A DNA stretch of 64,000 nt from Methanofastidiosum sp. (GTDB taxonomy: Archaea > Methanobacteriota_B > Thermococci > Methanofastidiosales > Methanofastidiosaceae): the NCBI GenBank assembly GCA_041678455.1, contig JBAYOH010000002.1, positions 4,482 to 68,481 on the forward strand. The letters are read 5' to 3'. The position numbers were made by a program, and so were the translations under genes. The notes below the pieces were generated by a model. The model had not been told where the DNA came from, searched no databases, and was given only the letters and a program-made list of their open reading frames with translations. Shown here piece after piece: positions 47,858 to 57,914 of this stretch (positions within the stretch are counted from its first letter, which is position 1; every line of letters starts with the position of its first letter).

Positions 47858-48517
47858 TCACAAATACCTAATTGGATCTTTTTCTCCTGCGTCCTGAAAT
47901 CCTTTGAGCCTTAGTCTGCAGGAATCACAAACTCCACATGCATTATCATTTTCAGTATAGCAACTCCATGTTTTCTCAAATGGAACTCCAAGCTCAATTC
48001 CTTTTTTTACTATATCTCCTTTAGACATGTATGCTAGAGGTGTTTTAAGTTTAATATTTGTTTCATCCTTTGTTCCAACATCGATTAACTCCTGAAACGC
48101 TTCAAAAAAAAGAGGCCTACAATCTGGATATCCTGAGAAATCTATGGAATTTGCACCATAATAAATAGCTTCGGCGCCAACTACTTCAGCCCATGCTGTG
48201 GCTAAAGAGAGAAGTATAGAGTTTCTGAAAGGAACATAGCTTGGTGGTATTCCTATAGTTTCTGTTTTTGGCAGTTCAATAGAATTATCAACGAGTCCAC
48301 TGCCACCTATCTCTTTTAAGAAATCAAGATTAATTACTTTAAAATTTAGAGCATTATAAGATGAGGAAATACCTTTAGCACAATTAAATTCTTTTTTATT
48401 TGTTCTCTGCCCATAATCAACATGAAGAACATAAATATTATGTCCATCTTTTCTTGCAATTGCAGCACAAACGGCAGAATCCATTCCCCCACTAAGTAAT
48501 ACAACGGCAGTTTTCAT
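47858..48517 (-). CDS. queC: 7-cyano-7-deazaguanine synthase
   Basis: PP-loop VVLLSGGMDS and C-terminal Zn cysteines CGVCDSC. Confidence 0.9.
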   Translation of the reverse strand: MKTAVVLLSGGMDSAVCAAIARKDGHNIYVLHVDYGQRTNKKEFNCAKGISSSYNALNFKVINLDFLKEIGGSGLVDNSIELPKTETIGIPPSYVPFRNSILLSLATAWAEVVGAEAIYYGANSIDFSGYPDCRPLFFEAFQELIDVGTKDETNIKLKTPLAYMSKGDIVKKGIELGVPFEKTWSCYTENDNACGVCDSCRLRLKGFQDAGEKDPIRYL

Positions 48518-49308
48518 GTTTCTATGGCTCCCTCAGCAAAAACATCATGTCTGTGTATTGATTCGTAGCTTAGACATTCTGTATGAATTTTTGATTTTTT
48601 AAATTTATTAGAAGCAAGGGATAACATATTTCTGCAAACATCTTCAACAAATAGAGGATTAGAATGCATTTTATCTACAACAAAAGACTCATCCTCAGTT
48701 TTTAGTAAAGTAAAGACTCTTGATGAAAATGAATTTTCTACGGTCTCAATCATCACTTCTAAATCAATATCATTGTCAAAATCTGTTTCAATTTTTAGAT
48801 TCCCAATTGCCCTTTGTATGTGCGTTCCCTTTTTATTAACGGCCAAAGCATGAGGGCATGCAGTATTTCCAATAACGCTGACTTCTAATGTTTTTACCCA
48901 AGAGCCATTATTGTTTCTAAGCCTTACTTTGATATCGTGTATCTCAATTGTATCCTTCTTACTCACAGGCGTCTTTTCATATATGGGTATTTCAGATTCA
49001 AATTCAATCTCAGCACTGACATAACTGTGTTTAACCTTCAATTTTTCAAGGATATGTTTTCCTATTTGTTCTAGGGATTTGTGGTTATCTCTGACTTCAT
49101 CTTCTAAGATCTCCGTTATACTCTCAATGAATCTGCTCATGTGAACCCCCTTTTTATCCTCATTTAGATCCATGAAAATATTGATCTTTGGGATATGACG
49201 AAATTCTTTGTTATTTCTGTCTATCTTGATAAGAGTTTTTAGATTTTTAATACCAACTCTTTCAAGCTTCAATTGATGTTTTGGTGACTCATCTTGTGTA
49301 TTAATCAT
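48514..49308 (-). CDS. folE2: GTP cyclohydrolase FolE2/MptA family (type IB)
   Basis: 264 aa, colinear with GCYH-IB. It lies in the que operon. Confidence 0.7.
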   Translation of the reverse strand: MINTQDESPKHQLKLERVGIKNLKTLIKIDRNNKEFRHIPKINIFMDLNEDKKGVHMSRFIESITEILEDEVRDNHKSLEQIGKHILEKLKVKHSYVSAEIEFESEIPIYEKTPVSKKDTIEIHDIKVRLRNNNGSWVKTLEVSVIGNTACPHALAVNKKGTHIQRAIGNLKIETDFDNDIDLEVMIETVENSFSSRVFTLLKTEDESFVVDKMHSNPLFVEDVCRNMLSLASNKFKKSKIHTECLSYESIHRHDVFAEGAIET

Positions 49309-49952
49309 TTGATCTCTCCTAATTTATGTATCTGAAGCAATACTCTGACATCGTCATGATTTATTGGATAATTAATATACATTTCACAAAGCTCTTTATA
49401 ACTAAGTTTTCCCCAACAGGGCTGGATAATAAGGGGGACGTTAAAAGAGTTTTCCTGGATAAATTTCTTTAAAAAATTATAATCTCTTCTGTCGGTAATT
49501 ACAGCCTTCATCTGCCCCTTTCTAATTTTAATCGCATTAACAATTTTATTAAAAACTGTTAAATCATTAGTTTCGTTATTACTGCTTGGTGTCTTAATAT
49601 CAACGCTAATGAAATCAATTTTCAATAATATATCTTTATAGACTGAGCCATTTGTTTCAATAGCTATATCATACTGTTTTCTATGGAGTATATCCACTAG
49701 AGGTTCGATATCTTGCGTTAAAGGCTCACCGCCAGTTATTAAGACAGAATTAATATCATTACCACATTTTTCAATTTCTTCTAGGATCTCATCAATATTC
49801 TTTTCAGTTGCATTATGGTCTGCATATTTTGTATCACACCAACTACAGTCAAGATTGCATCCTGAAAGCCTTACAAAAACTGTGGGTTTTCCAATCTCTA
49901 ATCCTTCGCCGTTCAATGAAAAGAATATTTCAGAAATTAAGAGATTACTCAT
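49305..49952 (-). CDS. queE: 7-carboxy-7-deazaguanine synthase (radical SAM)
   Basis: CNLDCSWCDT radical-SAM variant typical of QueE. Confidence 0.85.
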   Translation of the reverse strand: MSNLLISEIFFSLNGEGLEIGKPTVFVRLSGCNLDCSWCDTKYADHNATEKNIDEILEEIEKCGNDINSVLITGGEPLTQDIEPLVDILHRKQYDIAIETNGSVYKDILLKIDFISVDIKTPSSNNETNDLTVFNKIVNAIKIRKGQMKAVITDRRDYNFLKKFIQENSFNVPLIIQPCWGKLSYKELCEMYINYPINHDDVRVLLQIHKLGEIK

Positions 49953-50307
49953 GCAAGACCTCTACATAAGAGCCTTCGCCTTCGTATAATCTTATAGAAA
50001 AAAGCTTAACTTTAGTTTTTTCAAATTCCTTTTCAAGTTTTAAGAAAATACCCTTTGCCATATTCTCTACTGTTGGTTGAGGGTATAAATCATTCAAAAA
50101 ACAATGATCCATCTTACTTACTATTTTTTCTGTGACTATTTTCTTTAAATCAAAAAGGTCCATGGCCATCCCAGTTTTATCTGGAGTGCCTTCCACTGTA
50201 ACGATCAATTTGTACGTGTGACCATGTAGATTAGCACATACACCATCGTAATCAACTAATTTGTGCGCTGCATCAAATTTGAATGTTTTACTTAATCTAA
50301 ACTTCAT
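49945..50307 (-). CDS. queD: 6-carboxy-5,6,7,8-tetrahydropterin synthase
   Basis: PTPS fold, 120 aa. CANLHGHTY matches the CxxxHGH motif. Confidence 0.85.
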   Translation of the reverse strand: MKFRLSKTFKFDAAHKLVDYDGVCANLHGHTYKLIVTVEGTPDKTGMAMDLFDLKKIVTEKIVSKMDHCFLNDLYPQPTVENMAKGIFLKLEKEFEKTKVKLFSIRLYEGEGSYVEVLHE

Positions 50308-50398
50308 TAAATCACATTGAAATGCTTATTATAAATGTCAACTATCGGGCAAATTTATATTTATTTCTACTATAATCAAAAGTATTGTATATGTCTGG

Positions 50399-51517
50399 TT
50401 AAACGTATTTTACTTTTCTAAACATGAGAAAGGTAGCTATCTTACCTAGGAAATAATTATTGAATATTCTGAAATACATATTTCTACTCTTTCTTGTATT
50501 TAATAGTTCTGGCATTAAGTATAGATTCAAATTTCTTTTGTAGTCCTCAACTAAGTTTCCCTGATTTGTATAATCCTTTAATATTGCCTCCACCGCTATT
50601 TCAGCGCTTCTTTGTGCGTAATAAATTCCTTCCCCAGTTACTGGATTGACAAGACCCGCAGCATCTCCAATAAGAATACTATTCTTGTAAACGGGATTTT
50701 CTACAAAGTTTCCAAAAGGAATTGGGTGGCCCCTAATTTCTTCAATACAGCCATCAATTGTTTTTTTATCAAGCCCCAATGATCTTAAAAATTGGGTAAA
50801 TATGTTTTTAAAATCTTTATTGTTTATTTCTTTCAACAAGCCACCAATTCCGACTACTACTTTATCTTTGTTAGGAAATACCCAAGCATATCCAGTTTTC
50901 ATATATCCAAAATATAGGTACATTATATTTTTTTCAAAGGATATTTTCTCTTTAGCTATGAAAGTCTCAAGAGCAAATCCCAGATTAGCTATCCAAGATT
51001 CTTTGTCTATAGCTCCTAATTTCTCAAATTCTTTTCTAAGAATACTATTTGCTCCATCTGCACCAATGATGTATTTTGAACTAATTGTATTTCCTTTTGA
51101 GGTAATTAAGTTATTTGAATCTAAATCAACTTTTTTGACTTCTTCCCCACAAATAATCATTGTACCAGAATCTACAGCTTTATCTAATAAAAACTTATCA
51201 TATACTGTTCTCTCAACAAAATGTGTTGGGATTTTAGTATAGCATTTTGCTAGGCTCTTTTTTTTACAAACAAATTCAAATTTATTTGAAGAGAAATTAA
51301 TTATTTGTTTCTGATTTAAGGATTCTTCAGTTTCATCAAAAATTCTTTCCAATAATTTAAGTGCTTTTGTAGATACAAGCCCCCCACATAATTTATCTCG
51401 TGGGAAAAAATACTTATCTACCAATATTACATTTAATCCAACTTTTCTTAAGAGATAAGCCGCAGTTGAGCCTGCAGGACCAGCCCCGATGATTGCAATG
51501 TCTGCTTCATAATTCAT
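50399..51517 (-). CDS. Geranylgeranyl reductase family (digeranylgeranylglycerophospholipid reductase-like)
   Basis: FAD motif DIAIIGAGPAGSTAAYLL. 372 aa. Confidence 0.8.
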   Translation of the reverse strand: MNYEADIAIIGAGPAGSTAAYLLRKVGLNVILVDKYFFPRDKLCGGLVSTKALKLLERIFDETEESLNQKQIINFSSNKFEFVCKKKSLAKCYTKIPTHFVERTVYDKFLLDKAVDSGTMIICGEEVKKVDLDSNNLITSKGNTISSKYIIGADGANSILRKEFEKLGAIDKESWIANLGFALETFIAKEKISFEKNIMYLYFGYMKTGYAWVFPNKDKVVVGIGGLLKEINNKDFKNIFTQFLRSLGLDKKTIDGCIEEIRGHPIPFGNFVENPVYKNSILIGDAAGLVNPVTGEGIYYAQRSAEIAVEAILKDYTNQGNLVEDYKRNLNLYLMPELLNTRKSRNMYFRIFNNYFLGKIATFLMFRKVKYV

Positions 51518-51587
51518 TTGACCATCTTATTGAAATAATTATTATAATTAATGATATTACATTTATTAAGATTTAGTTAAAAATAAC

Positions 51588-52346
51588 TCAACTTTTACTT
51601 GCCTTCAATCCCTTTTCCACTTCTTTGTATATCTTCTTTAATATTTCAACTCTATTGTCTGAATTCAATATACTTCTGCCAACTACAATAACTGATGAGC
51701 CGTTAACAATTGCTTCTTCTGGAGTGCATATCCTCTTTTGGTCAGAAACTTTATCTTCTCTTAATCTTACTCCCGGCGTTACATATATCATTTCTTTACA
51801 AAGATTTAGCCTAATAGTATTAATATCATTGGGAGAGCAAACTATCCCGTCACACCCATTTTCTGAAGCCATTTTTGCATATTGCACTAGTGCATGATCA
51901 AGAGGTTTATCAATTAGAATATCTTTTAGAGATTTTTCATCATGACTAGTAAGAACTGTTACACCTAAAATATTTGGCCTGATATTTTCATATTCTTTAA
52001 CACCGCTATTGACACCTCTAACCACCGCCTGTATCATCTCTTTCCCACCCATCAAGTGAATTGTAAACATCTTGATTTTGTGCTTGATCAAGGCCTTGGA
52101 AGCGCCTTCTACTGTGTTTGGAATATCATGAAATTTAAGATCCAAAAAAACATCCCTGCCGTAGCTTTGTGGAATTTTGATTGAAGAAGTTCCTTCTGAT
52201 ACAAATAATTCTTTCCCGATTTTGTATACTCCGACATATTCACAACTCTCTTCAACTAATTCTTTGGCTAAATCTAAATTATCAACATCAAGCGCTAGGC
52301 ATATCTTCTTTCGAACATCCTCTCCTATATCCATTAATTTCCCCAC
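51588..52346 (-). CDS. pyrF: Orotidine-5'-phosphate decarboxylase
   Basis: DLKFHDIPNTV and YKIGKELF motifs. It lies next to pyrE and pyrD. Confidence 0.75.
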   Translation of the reverse strand: MGKLMDIGEDVRKKICLALDVDNLDLAKELVEESCEYVGVYKIGKELFVSEGTSSIKIPQSYGRDVFLDLKFHDIPNTVEGASKALIKHKIKMFTIHLMGGKEMIQAVVRGVNSGVKEYENIRPNILGVTVLTSHDEKSLKDILIDKPLDHALVQYAKMASENGCDGIVCSPNDINTIRLNLCKEMIYVTPGVRLREDKVSDQKRICTPEEAIVNGSSVIVVGRSILNSDNRVEILKKIYKEVEKGLKASKS

Positions 52347-52939
52347 TCCCTTGGATTCTTTTTCCAGATCTCTATTTCTTTTTTATGGCTGCCAAACTTA
52401 TCTGATTCATATTCAAATAATCCTTCAAGGGTCAAAAGACTTTGAAAGGAAACATCTAGCTCTTGAAATAATTTTATAGATTCGGAAAATTGGTAAGAGA
52501 ATATAGAACAGGTATTCAGGGATTTTGTAGAAGACTCTTTTAATAAATTGATCGCCCTTCCAAGGGATCCACCTGTTGAAACAACATCTTCTATAACAAG
52601 TATATTTTTATTAAAATCAATGTTTCCTTCAATGCTCTGTTTTTTCCCATAGTCCTTGTGGGAAGATCTGACATATCCAAATGGTACATCAAGTTTATCA
52701 GAAATCCACGCACCCCAAGAGATGCCACCTGTTGCAACACCGATTACAGATTCAATGCCCATATCACTTATTTTTTCTAAAAATCCTGATATGATCATTT
52801 TTCTCTCTTTTGGATAAGAGATTAACCTCCTTGTATCGCAGTAAATTGGACTCTTTATCCCTGAAGAAAAAGTGAAGGGATTTTCTGTATCTATGTGGAT
52901 GCTTTTCGTTAGGAAAAGTAAGTCGTAGAGCTCTTTCAA
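52334..52939 (-). CDS. pyrE: Orotate phosphoribosyltransferase
   Basis: PRPP-binding motif VIEDVVSTGGS. Confidence 0.8.
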   Translation of the reverse strand: MKELYDLLFLTKSIHIDTENPFTFSSGIKSPIYCDTRRLISYPKERKMIISGFLEKISDMGIESVIGVATGGISWGAWISDKLDVPFGYVRSSHKDYGKKQSIEGNIDFNKNILVIEDVVSTGGSLGRAINLLKESSTKSLNTCSIFSYQFSESIKLFQELDVSFQSLLTLEGLFEYESDKFGSHKKEIEIWKKNPREWGN

Positions 52940-53868
52940 CCTATCACCTTTAGTTTTCCTCTAAAATTGTCTAAAGAGGCGTAACTTTTCTTTTCCATTA
53001 TTTCCTTAAGTTCTCTTGCTACCCTCTCAAATACTTGCGGCCCTTCTTGGGCAAAAGATGTCCCTAGTTGTAACAGAGTGGCACCTGATAGGATAAATTC
53101 AAATGCATCAATGCCACTGTATATCCCACCTACACCTACAATTTTGATTTTTTTATCTAGAAGCTCATGGAATTTCCTAACATTTGCTAGAGCTGTTGGC
53201 TTGATATATTTCCCCCCAAGACCACCAAATCCACCTTTTGGCTTTATTAGAACCTTCTCTGTTTTCCAATCTATGAAAAGAGCATTTCCAATTGAATTTA
53301 TGCTTATTATAAAAGAGATTTTGGAATTATTGAGGATTGAAGCCATCTCCTCAAAATGAACAAAATCAAAGTATGGGGGCAGCTTAACACCCCACGGCTT
53401 ATCAGAAACATCACCCACTACGCCCATTATCTCTTCAGACATTTCAAAGTCATACCCTATCTGTGGCCTTCCAACAACATTCGGGCATGATAGATTAATC
53501 TCTAAGATATCCACATTGGAAGTATTAAATGACTCAACTATTTTTTTGTACTCCTGGCTTTCTACACCGGCTATGCTTGCTATTAATGGCTTACCGTAGG
53601 ATTTTAACTTAGGTGTTATCTCATTATAGTACTTGTACCCAAGATTTGGCAGTCCCATTGAATTAATTGACCCCCACTCAACATCAACATACCTTGGCTC
53701 AGGATTGCCCTCAAGTGCTTCGACTGTACATGACTTCATTACAATCCCACCTGCAGAAGAAGTTGCAATATCTGTCAGTTCTTCTAAAGTTGCATCTAGT
53801 GGACCTGATGCGTTCATTATGCAGTTATCAAAATTAATCCCTGAAATGTTTGCAGAAATGTCAATCAT
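52936..53868 (-). CDS. pyrD: Dihydroorotate dehydrogenase catalytic subunit (class 1)
   Basis: N-terminus GINFDNCIMNASG and a TIM-barrel flavoprotein. 310 aa. Confidence 0.85.
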   Translation of the reverse strand: MIDISANISGINFDNCIMNASGPLDATLEELTDIATSSAGGIVMKSCTVEALEGNPEPRYVDVEWGSINSMGLPNLGYKYYNEITPKLKSYGKPLIASIAGVESQEYKKIVESFNTSNVDILEINLSCPNVVGRPQIGYDFEMSEEIMGVVGDVSDKPWGVKLPPYFDFVHFEEMASILNNSKISFIISINSIGNALFIDWKTEKVLIKPKGGFGGLGGKYIKPTALANVRKFHELLDKKIKIVGVGGIYSGIDAFEFILSGATLLQLGTSFAQEGPQVFERVARELKEIMEKKSYASLDNFRGKLKVIG

Positions 53869-54779
53869 TTTATCTCCATGCCCAAAATTTTTCTTGGATT
53901 TGTCACCGCCATCGTAGCTAAAGCATGTTTTGATATCCCTTCTTTATTCAACAAGTTCATGTAAGTTTCAAGACACTCACTTGATAATGGATTTCTTACC
54001 TGCCCTGCATCAGAAGATATGATGCAGTGTTCATACCCAACTTCTTCAATATCCTCCTTTATTGTTTTGAGAGGGTAGTCCTCCGGATGGTCCCTATCAA
54101 GCCACATGATGTAACAGTGCTCAATGTATGCTCCTTTTGCGGCAAGCTCCTTCTGAACATCTATGGGCATTTTGATGTCCCTCTGCATTGGGTGGGTAAT
54201 GATTGTAGGAATGCCCATTTTTAATGCTTCGCTTGCTAGTACGTAACTTTCCTGCCATGACAAGTGCCCTGTTGCTAGAATTCCGTTGTTGTCTTTTATT
54301 GCTTTAAGGACTCTATTGCATTTATCAAATAATCTATAATTCCAGTCTGTGACTTTTATTGCTTTAAGTTCAGATTTTAATCTAGGTTTAAATTTTGGAT
54401 CCTTCACCCACTCAGGAGGAATCTCGTATTCGCTGTGATTATTCAAAAGATGATTTTCCGCGTGTATTGTGGGAAACCACACTATAATTGGTGCACCCTT
54501 TGACATTGTTGCAGAAGCGTATATTGCACTTGGATTAAATCCTCCCATGAAATAGTTCAAAGTTATTGATCCTATTAGAAACGGGCCATCTGATTTTTTT
54601 TCAATAGTGTTTATTGCAGATATTGTGGGAAACGCGTGAGATTTTAATGCTATTCCAGTTATCTTTCCTTTTTCATTCTTTAGAAGACTCTCTACCGTAT
54701 CCCTTCTTGGTAAAACATCCGGGCCTATGTGATAGTGCATGTCGATTGAATCTTTTACTATTGATGAAATTTCTGACAT
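53865..54779 (-). CDS. Metal-dependent hydrolase (amidohydrolase-superfamily-like), function unknown
   Basis: N-terminal HYH motif (DMHYHIGPD). 304 aa. It is coupled to pyrD. Confidence 0.4.
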   Translation of the reverse strand: MSEISSIVKDSIDMHYHIGPDVLPRRDTVESLLKNEKGKITGIALKSHAFPTISAINTIEKKSDGPFLIGSITLNYFMGGFNPSAIYASATMSKGAPIIVWFPTIHAENHLLNNHSEYEIPPEWVKDPKFKPRLKSELKAIKVTDWNYRLFDKCNRVLKAIKDNNGILATGHLSWQESYVLASEALKMGIPTIITHPMQRDIKMPIDVQKELAAKGAYIEHCYIMWLDRDHPEDYPLKTIKEDIEEVGYEHCIISSDAGQVRNPLSSECLETYMNLLNKEGISKHALATMAVTNPRKILGMEIK

Positions 54780-56179
54780 CAGTTACTCCTCCTTTCTAAT
54801 CTATTTTTATCAAGAGAAAGAATATTTCCATTTTTAATGACACAAGGTATTGTTTCATCGCTGTTTAATATATCAAGTTTTGACATACCCCCTGTAATTA
54901 TTATGTCAGCTTGTCTTCCTTTTGCAATCCCATAGTTTAGCCCTAGAAGTTTAGCACCATTTGTTGTTGCCATTGCAAGGGCTGCATCTATATACTCTCT
55001 TGTGGTCATCCTTGTTGCAGATATTAGCATGTGCAGTTCCCTTATCATGCTGCAGTTTCCAAACGGATAGAATATGTCTCTGACATTATCAGTACCTAGT
55101 GCAACGTTTATTCCATTGTCGTAGAGTTCTGTGACCCTTGTGATGCTGTTTGATGGCCTTATCCAGAGGTCACTTACTTCCGCAAATCTTGTAATCATGT
55201 TTGCACTTGGTGTCACTATAACATTAATCTTTAGAGCCTTCATCTGTTCTATTATCTCTTTAGCTTTTTCTGTTGGCAATCTTGAAAGTGCTATTGCGTG
55301 AGTAACAGTTACCCTATCATTGAAATTTTCTTCTTTCGTCTTTTTTATTACCTCTGGAAGTATTGCCATTCTAGGATCATTTGTTTCATCTACCTGGATA
55401 TCAAGATTCTTATTGTACTGTTTTGCCAGTTCAAAAAGGATTTCAAGATGTCTTTTCTCATTTCCCTTTGCTTCGACTAGTGGCAAGCCCCCGACTACAT
55501 CTGCCCCAAGTTCCATTGCTTTTTCCATTAGATCTCTTTTTGCTTCATCGATTACACCTTCTTGCGGGAAAGCTGCTATCTCTATGTATACTCTATTCTT
55601 GTATTTTTCTCTTAATTTTAGAAGAGATTTAATCGGCACAAGCTCTGCCGTTGGGTCTACATCTACCTGCGTCCTTATCGCCGTTATCCCTTTTGATAGC
55701 ATCCGTTCTATCGTATCTGTTGCTCTTTTTTTAATGTCCGATTCAGAATAAGAGCTTTTCAATTTTTTTAATAGAAGCCTGTTTTCTTCGAGCGTCTTAC
55801 CAAGATGATCTTCTGTCATCTTATCTAAAAGATTTGATTTATCAAGATGGCAGTGAGAATTCACAAATCCACTTATTACATAATGTTTATTTGCATCAAT
55901 GTTTGTTTCGCCGTTTTTCAATTTCCCTATATTTTCTATTTTGCCATTATTAATACCTATGTCTGAAATTGTGATATCATTTATTCTTGCATTTTTAATG
56001 ACAAGACTAAATTCGCTCAAGTAATTACCTCCTTTTCCGAAGGGGGGATAAGAAAACTGTTTTGGAATTTTTTTAGCGTTTTCAGTCGTTTCTATAACAA
56101 CCTTTCCAAACCAATCCAAGAATAATATATAAGGTTTTAGGTTTTGATTTCCAAAATTATTAGATAAGTTCGAATGCAT
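54779..56179 (-). CDS. Cyclic amidohydrolase (candidate dihydroorotase)
   Basis: Amidohydrolase N-terminal pattern INNGKI...DANKHYVISGFVNSHCHLD. 466 aa. It heads the pyrD-pyrE-pyrF block. Confidence 0.5.
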   Translation of the reverse strand: MHSNLSNNFGNQNLKPYILFLDWFGKVVIETTENAKKIPKQFSYPPFGKGGNYLSEFSLVIKNARINDITISDIGINNGKIENIGKLKNGETNIDANKHYVISGFVNSHCHLDKSNLLDKMTEDHLGKTLEENRLLLKKLKSSYSESDIKKRATDTIERMLSKGITAIRTQVDVDPTAELVPIKSLLKLREKYKNRVYIEIAAFPQEGVIDEAKRDLMEKAMELGADVVGGLPLVEAKGNEKRHLEILFELAKQYNKNLDIQVDETNDPRMAILPEVIKKTKEENFNDRVTVTHAIALSRLPTEKAKEIIEQMKALKINVIVTPSANMITRFAEVSDLWIRPSNSITRVTELYDNGINVALGTDNVRDIFYPFGNCSMIRELHMLISATRMTTREYIDAALAMATTNGAKLLGLNYGIAKGRQADIIITGGMSKLDILNSDETIPCVIKNGNILSLDKNRLERRSN

Positions 56180-56766
56180 TTTTTATATCTTCAGCAACCA
56201 TTTTTCTTTTTGATTTTTCAATCAAGAAGCTTTTACCAGTTATGACGTAAGATAGAAATACCCTTATATTGTAATAGAAAAACCTTTGACTTCTCAATTT
56301 GTAAGTTGAGCCATTTGGGATTGTAAGTTTATTCGTATTTTTTCTTGATATGTAATTAAAAGATTTAATTGCAACATCGCCCAGTAAAATGTAGATCTTA
56401 GCATTTGGGAAATGTTTTAATTCTTCTTCTAGAATAAATGAGCATTCTTTATATTGTATCTGTTGAAATTGAAGTTTCAATTTTTGCACATTTTACGGCT
56501 GTTGTTAGATATATTCCTAAGTTTAATATATCTTGTATAGAATTAACAGGATGCCCCGCTTCGCTAAAAGCTTCTTTTGTTGTTTCCATATAGGGGGGAT
56601 TTCCTGAAGAATAGAAATAATCTTTTGGGTCTAGTGGCGAAACTTCTGAGATCATTATTATTTTTATTTTATCAGGATTAGTTTGTAAATAGGGAACTTG
56701 GTATGGACTTTTTTCAATGTTTTTACATGGAAAAGTTTTGCAGAATAGTTTGTCAGATGGTTTCAT
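56160..56766 (-). pseudogene. Uracil-DNA-glycosylase-superfamily gene split by a frameshift
   Basis: Two overlapping ORFs (56449..56766 and 56160..56489) together give a UDG-like size of about 200 aa. The upstream part has YLTTAVKC (compare UDG4 NVVKCRPP). The downstream part has ...EC..ILEEEL...P.AKIYILLGDVA. Confidence 0.4.
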
Positions 56767-56882
56767 GGTTTTAATTAAGAAAAAGACAATATAAGATTAC
56801 AGGATCAGAGTCCTGTCACGTATGTGTTCAGGGCTTCGAATCCCATCCCGCTCTTGCTTTCTAATAATTCAACTGAAAATAA

Positions 56883-57752
56883 TTATTTCCCATTAATTTC
56901 TGAGATGGCTTTTTCAAGAGTATCGTGTAATAGTCTAATAGTACCTTTTCTATAAGATAGATTTAGATCAATCTCGGAAGATATTGTCTGGCATTTGTTT
57001 TTATATGCTGTACAATTAGAACAAACGTATTCTAATGCAACAATTTGCTTATAATCTGCTTCTCTTAGCAAATATTTTGTCATTTCTACAGCATCAAAAT
57101 TTTCTATTCCTAATTCATCTCCAATTTCCTTCAAGCGATTTTCACCTATAGTCTCAATTTTTTTTGTACTAAAAAGACCCCAATGGCTAGCATAACCTGG
57201 AGTTAAAAAAAATGTACCAGGTTCTTTTGTTAATATCTCTAAATAATTAGCTTTACTTCCTAAAAGAGCACATACGCAGTCATCAACTATTTCTTTATTT
57301 TCATCCTTTAAAATTCCAAAAGGTAATTTAATATGGTTATCCCTCAACATACCATCTAGATTGTTCAGTGAATTGCCACATAATCCGTAATAAAGCAAAA
57401 GGTAGTCTGAATGTTTCTGTAGTTCCATGCAGGCATTCAAGACTTCTTCTTTTAATTCCCTTGGATTATAGTGAAGAAATAGCGGCAAAATATATACTAT
57501 GATTTCTAGTTCTTCTTCTCTTTTGAGATACCGTGGAGCAAATAATTCCCTAGCTATTTTTATTTTTTCATAAGGAAAATTACTTCTTATAATATTCTCA
57601 AAATACTTTGAAGATTCTGTATTTACAATAATTATCTTGCCTATTTCTGGATGCTCTTTTATAACAAATAGAAGTTCATCTTCAAATACTTCACAACAAA
57701 CAATACCAATTCTTTTGGAACTTTCTCCATTATTATTTGATCCTAGGGGCAT
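56883..57752 (-). CDS. Cys-rich hypothetical protein of 289 aa
   Basis: Conserved-looking Cys pairs (VCCEV, CGNS, DDCVC, CSNCTAYKNKC). I cannot assign a family. Confidence 0.4.
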   Translation of the reverse strand: MPLGSNNNGESSKRIGIVCCEVFEDELLFVIKEHPEIGKIIIVNTESSKYFENIIRSNFPYEKIKIARELFAPRYLKREEELEIIVYILPLFLHYNPRELKEEVLNACMELQKHSDYLLLYYGLCGNSLNNLDGMLRDNHIKLPFGILKDENKEIVDDCVCALLGSKANYLEILTKEPGTFFLTPGYASHWGLFSTKKIETIGENRLKEIGDELGIENFDAVEMTKYLLREADYKQIVALEYVCSNCTAYKNKCQTISSEIDLNLSYRKGTIRLLHDTLEKAISEINGK

Positions 57753-57914
57753 ATTACCAATTGTTTTGCATTTGTATTTTTAAAAGTTCTGATTTATTAT
57801 ACTTGATAATTAATACTATTTTTTGTTATTGGCCTCTTTTGATAATTCATAATATTCCCAAGTTTCTCGGGGATAATTCCTTTTTGCTGTAAAGCATTGA
57901 GTCATTGACTCAAC

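Noticed and set aside
54779-56179. The 466-aa amidohydrolase as formylmethanofuran dehydrogenase subunit A (FwdA).
   Set aside because: No fwdBCD neighbours. The gene heads a pyrD-pyrE-pyrF block, so dihydroorotase is more parsimonious.
56790-56870. Possible tRNA because of TTCGAATCC-like T-loop sequence (GGGCTTCGAATCCC).
   Set aside because: No acceptor stem, D-arm or anticodon arm can be paired on either strand. The TTCGAA core is simply the centre of a DNA palindrome.
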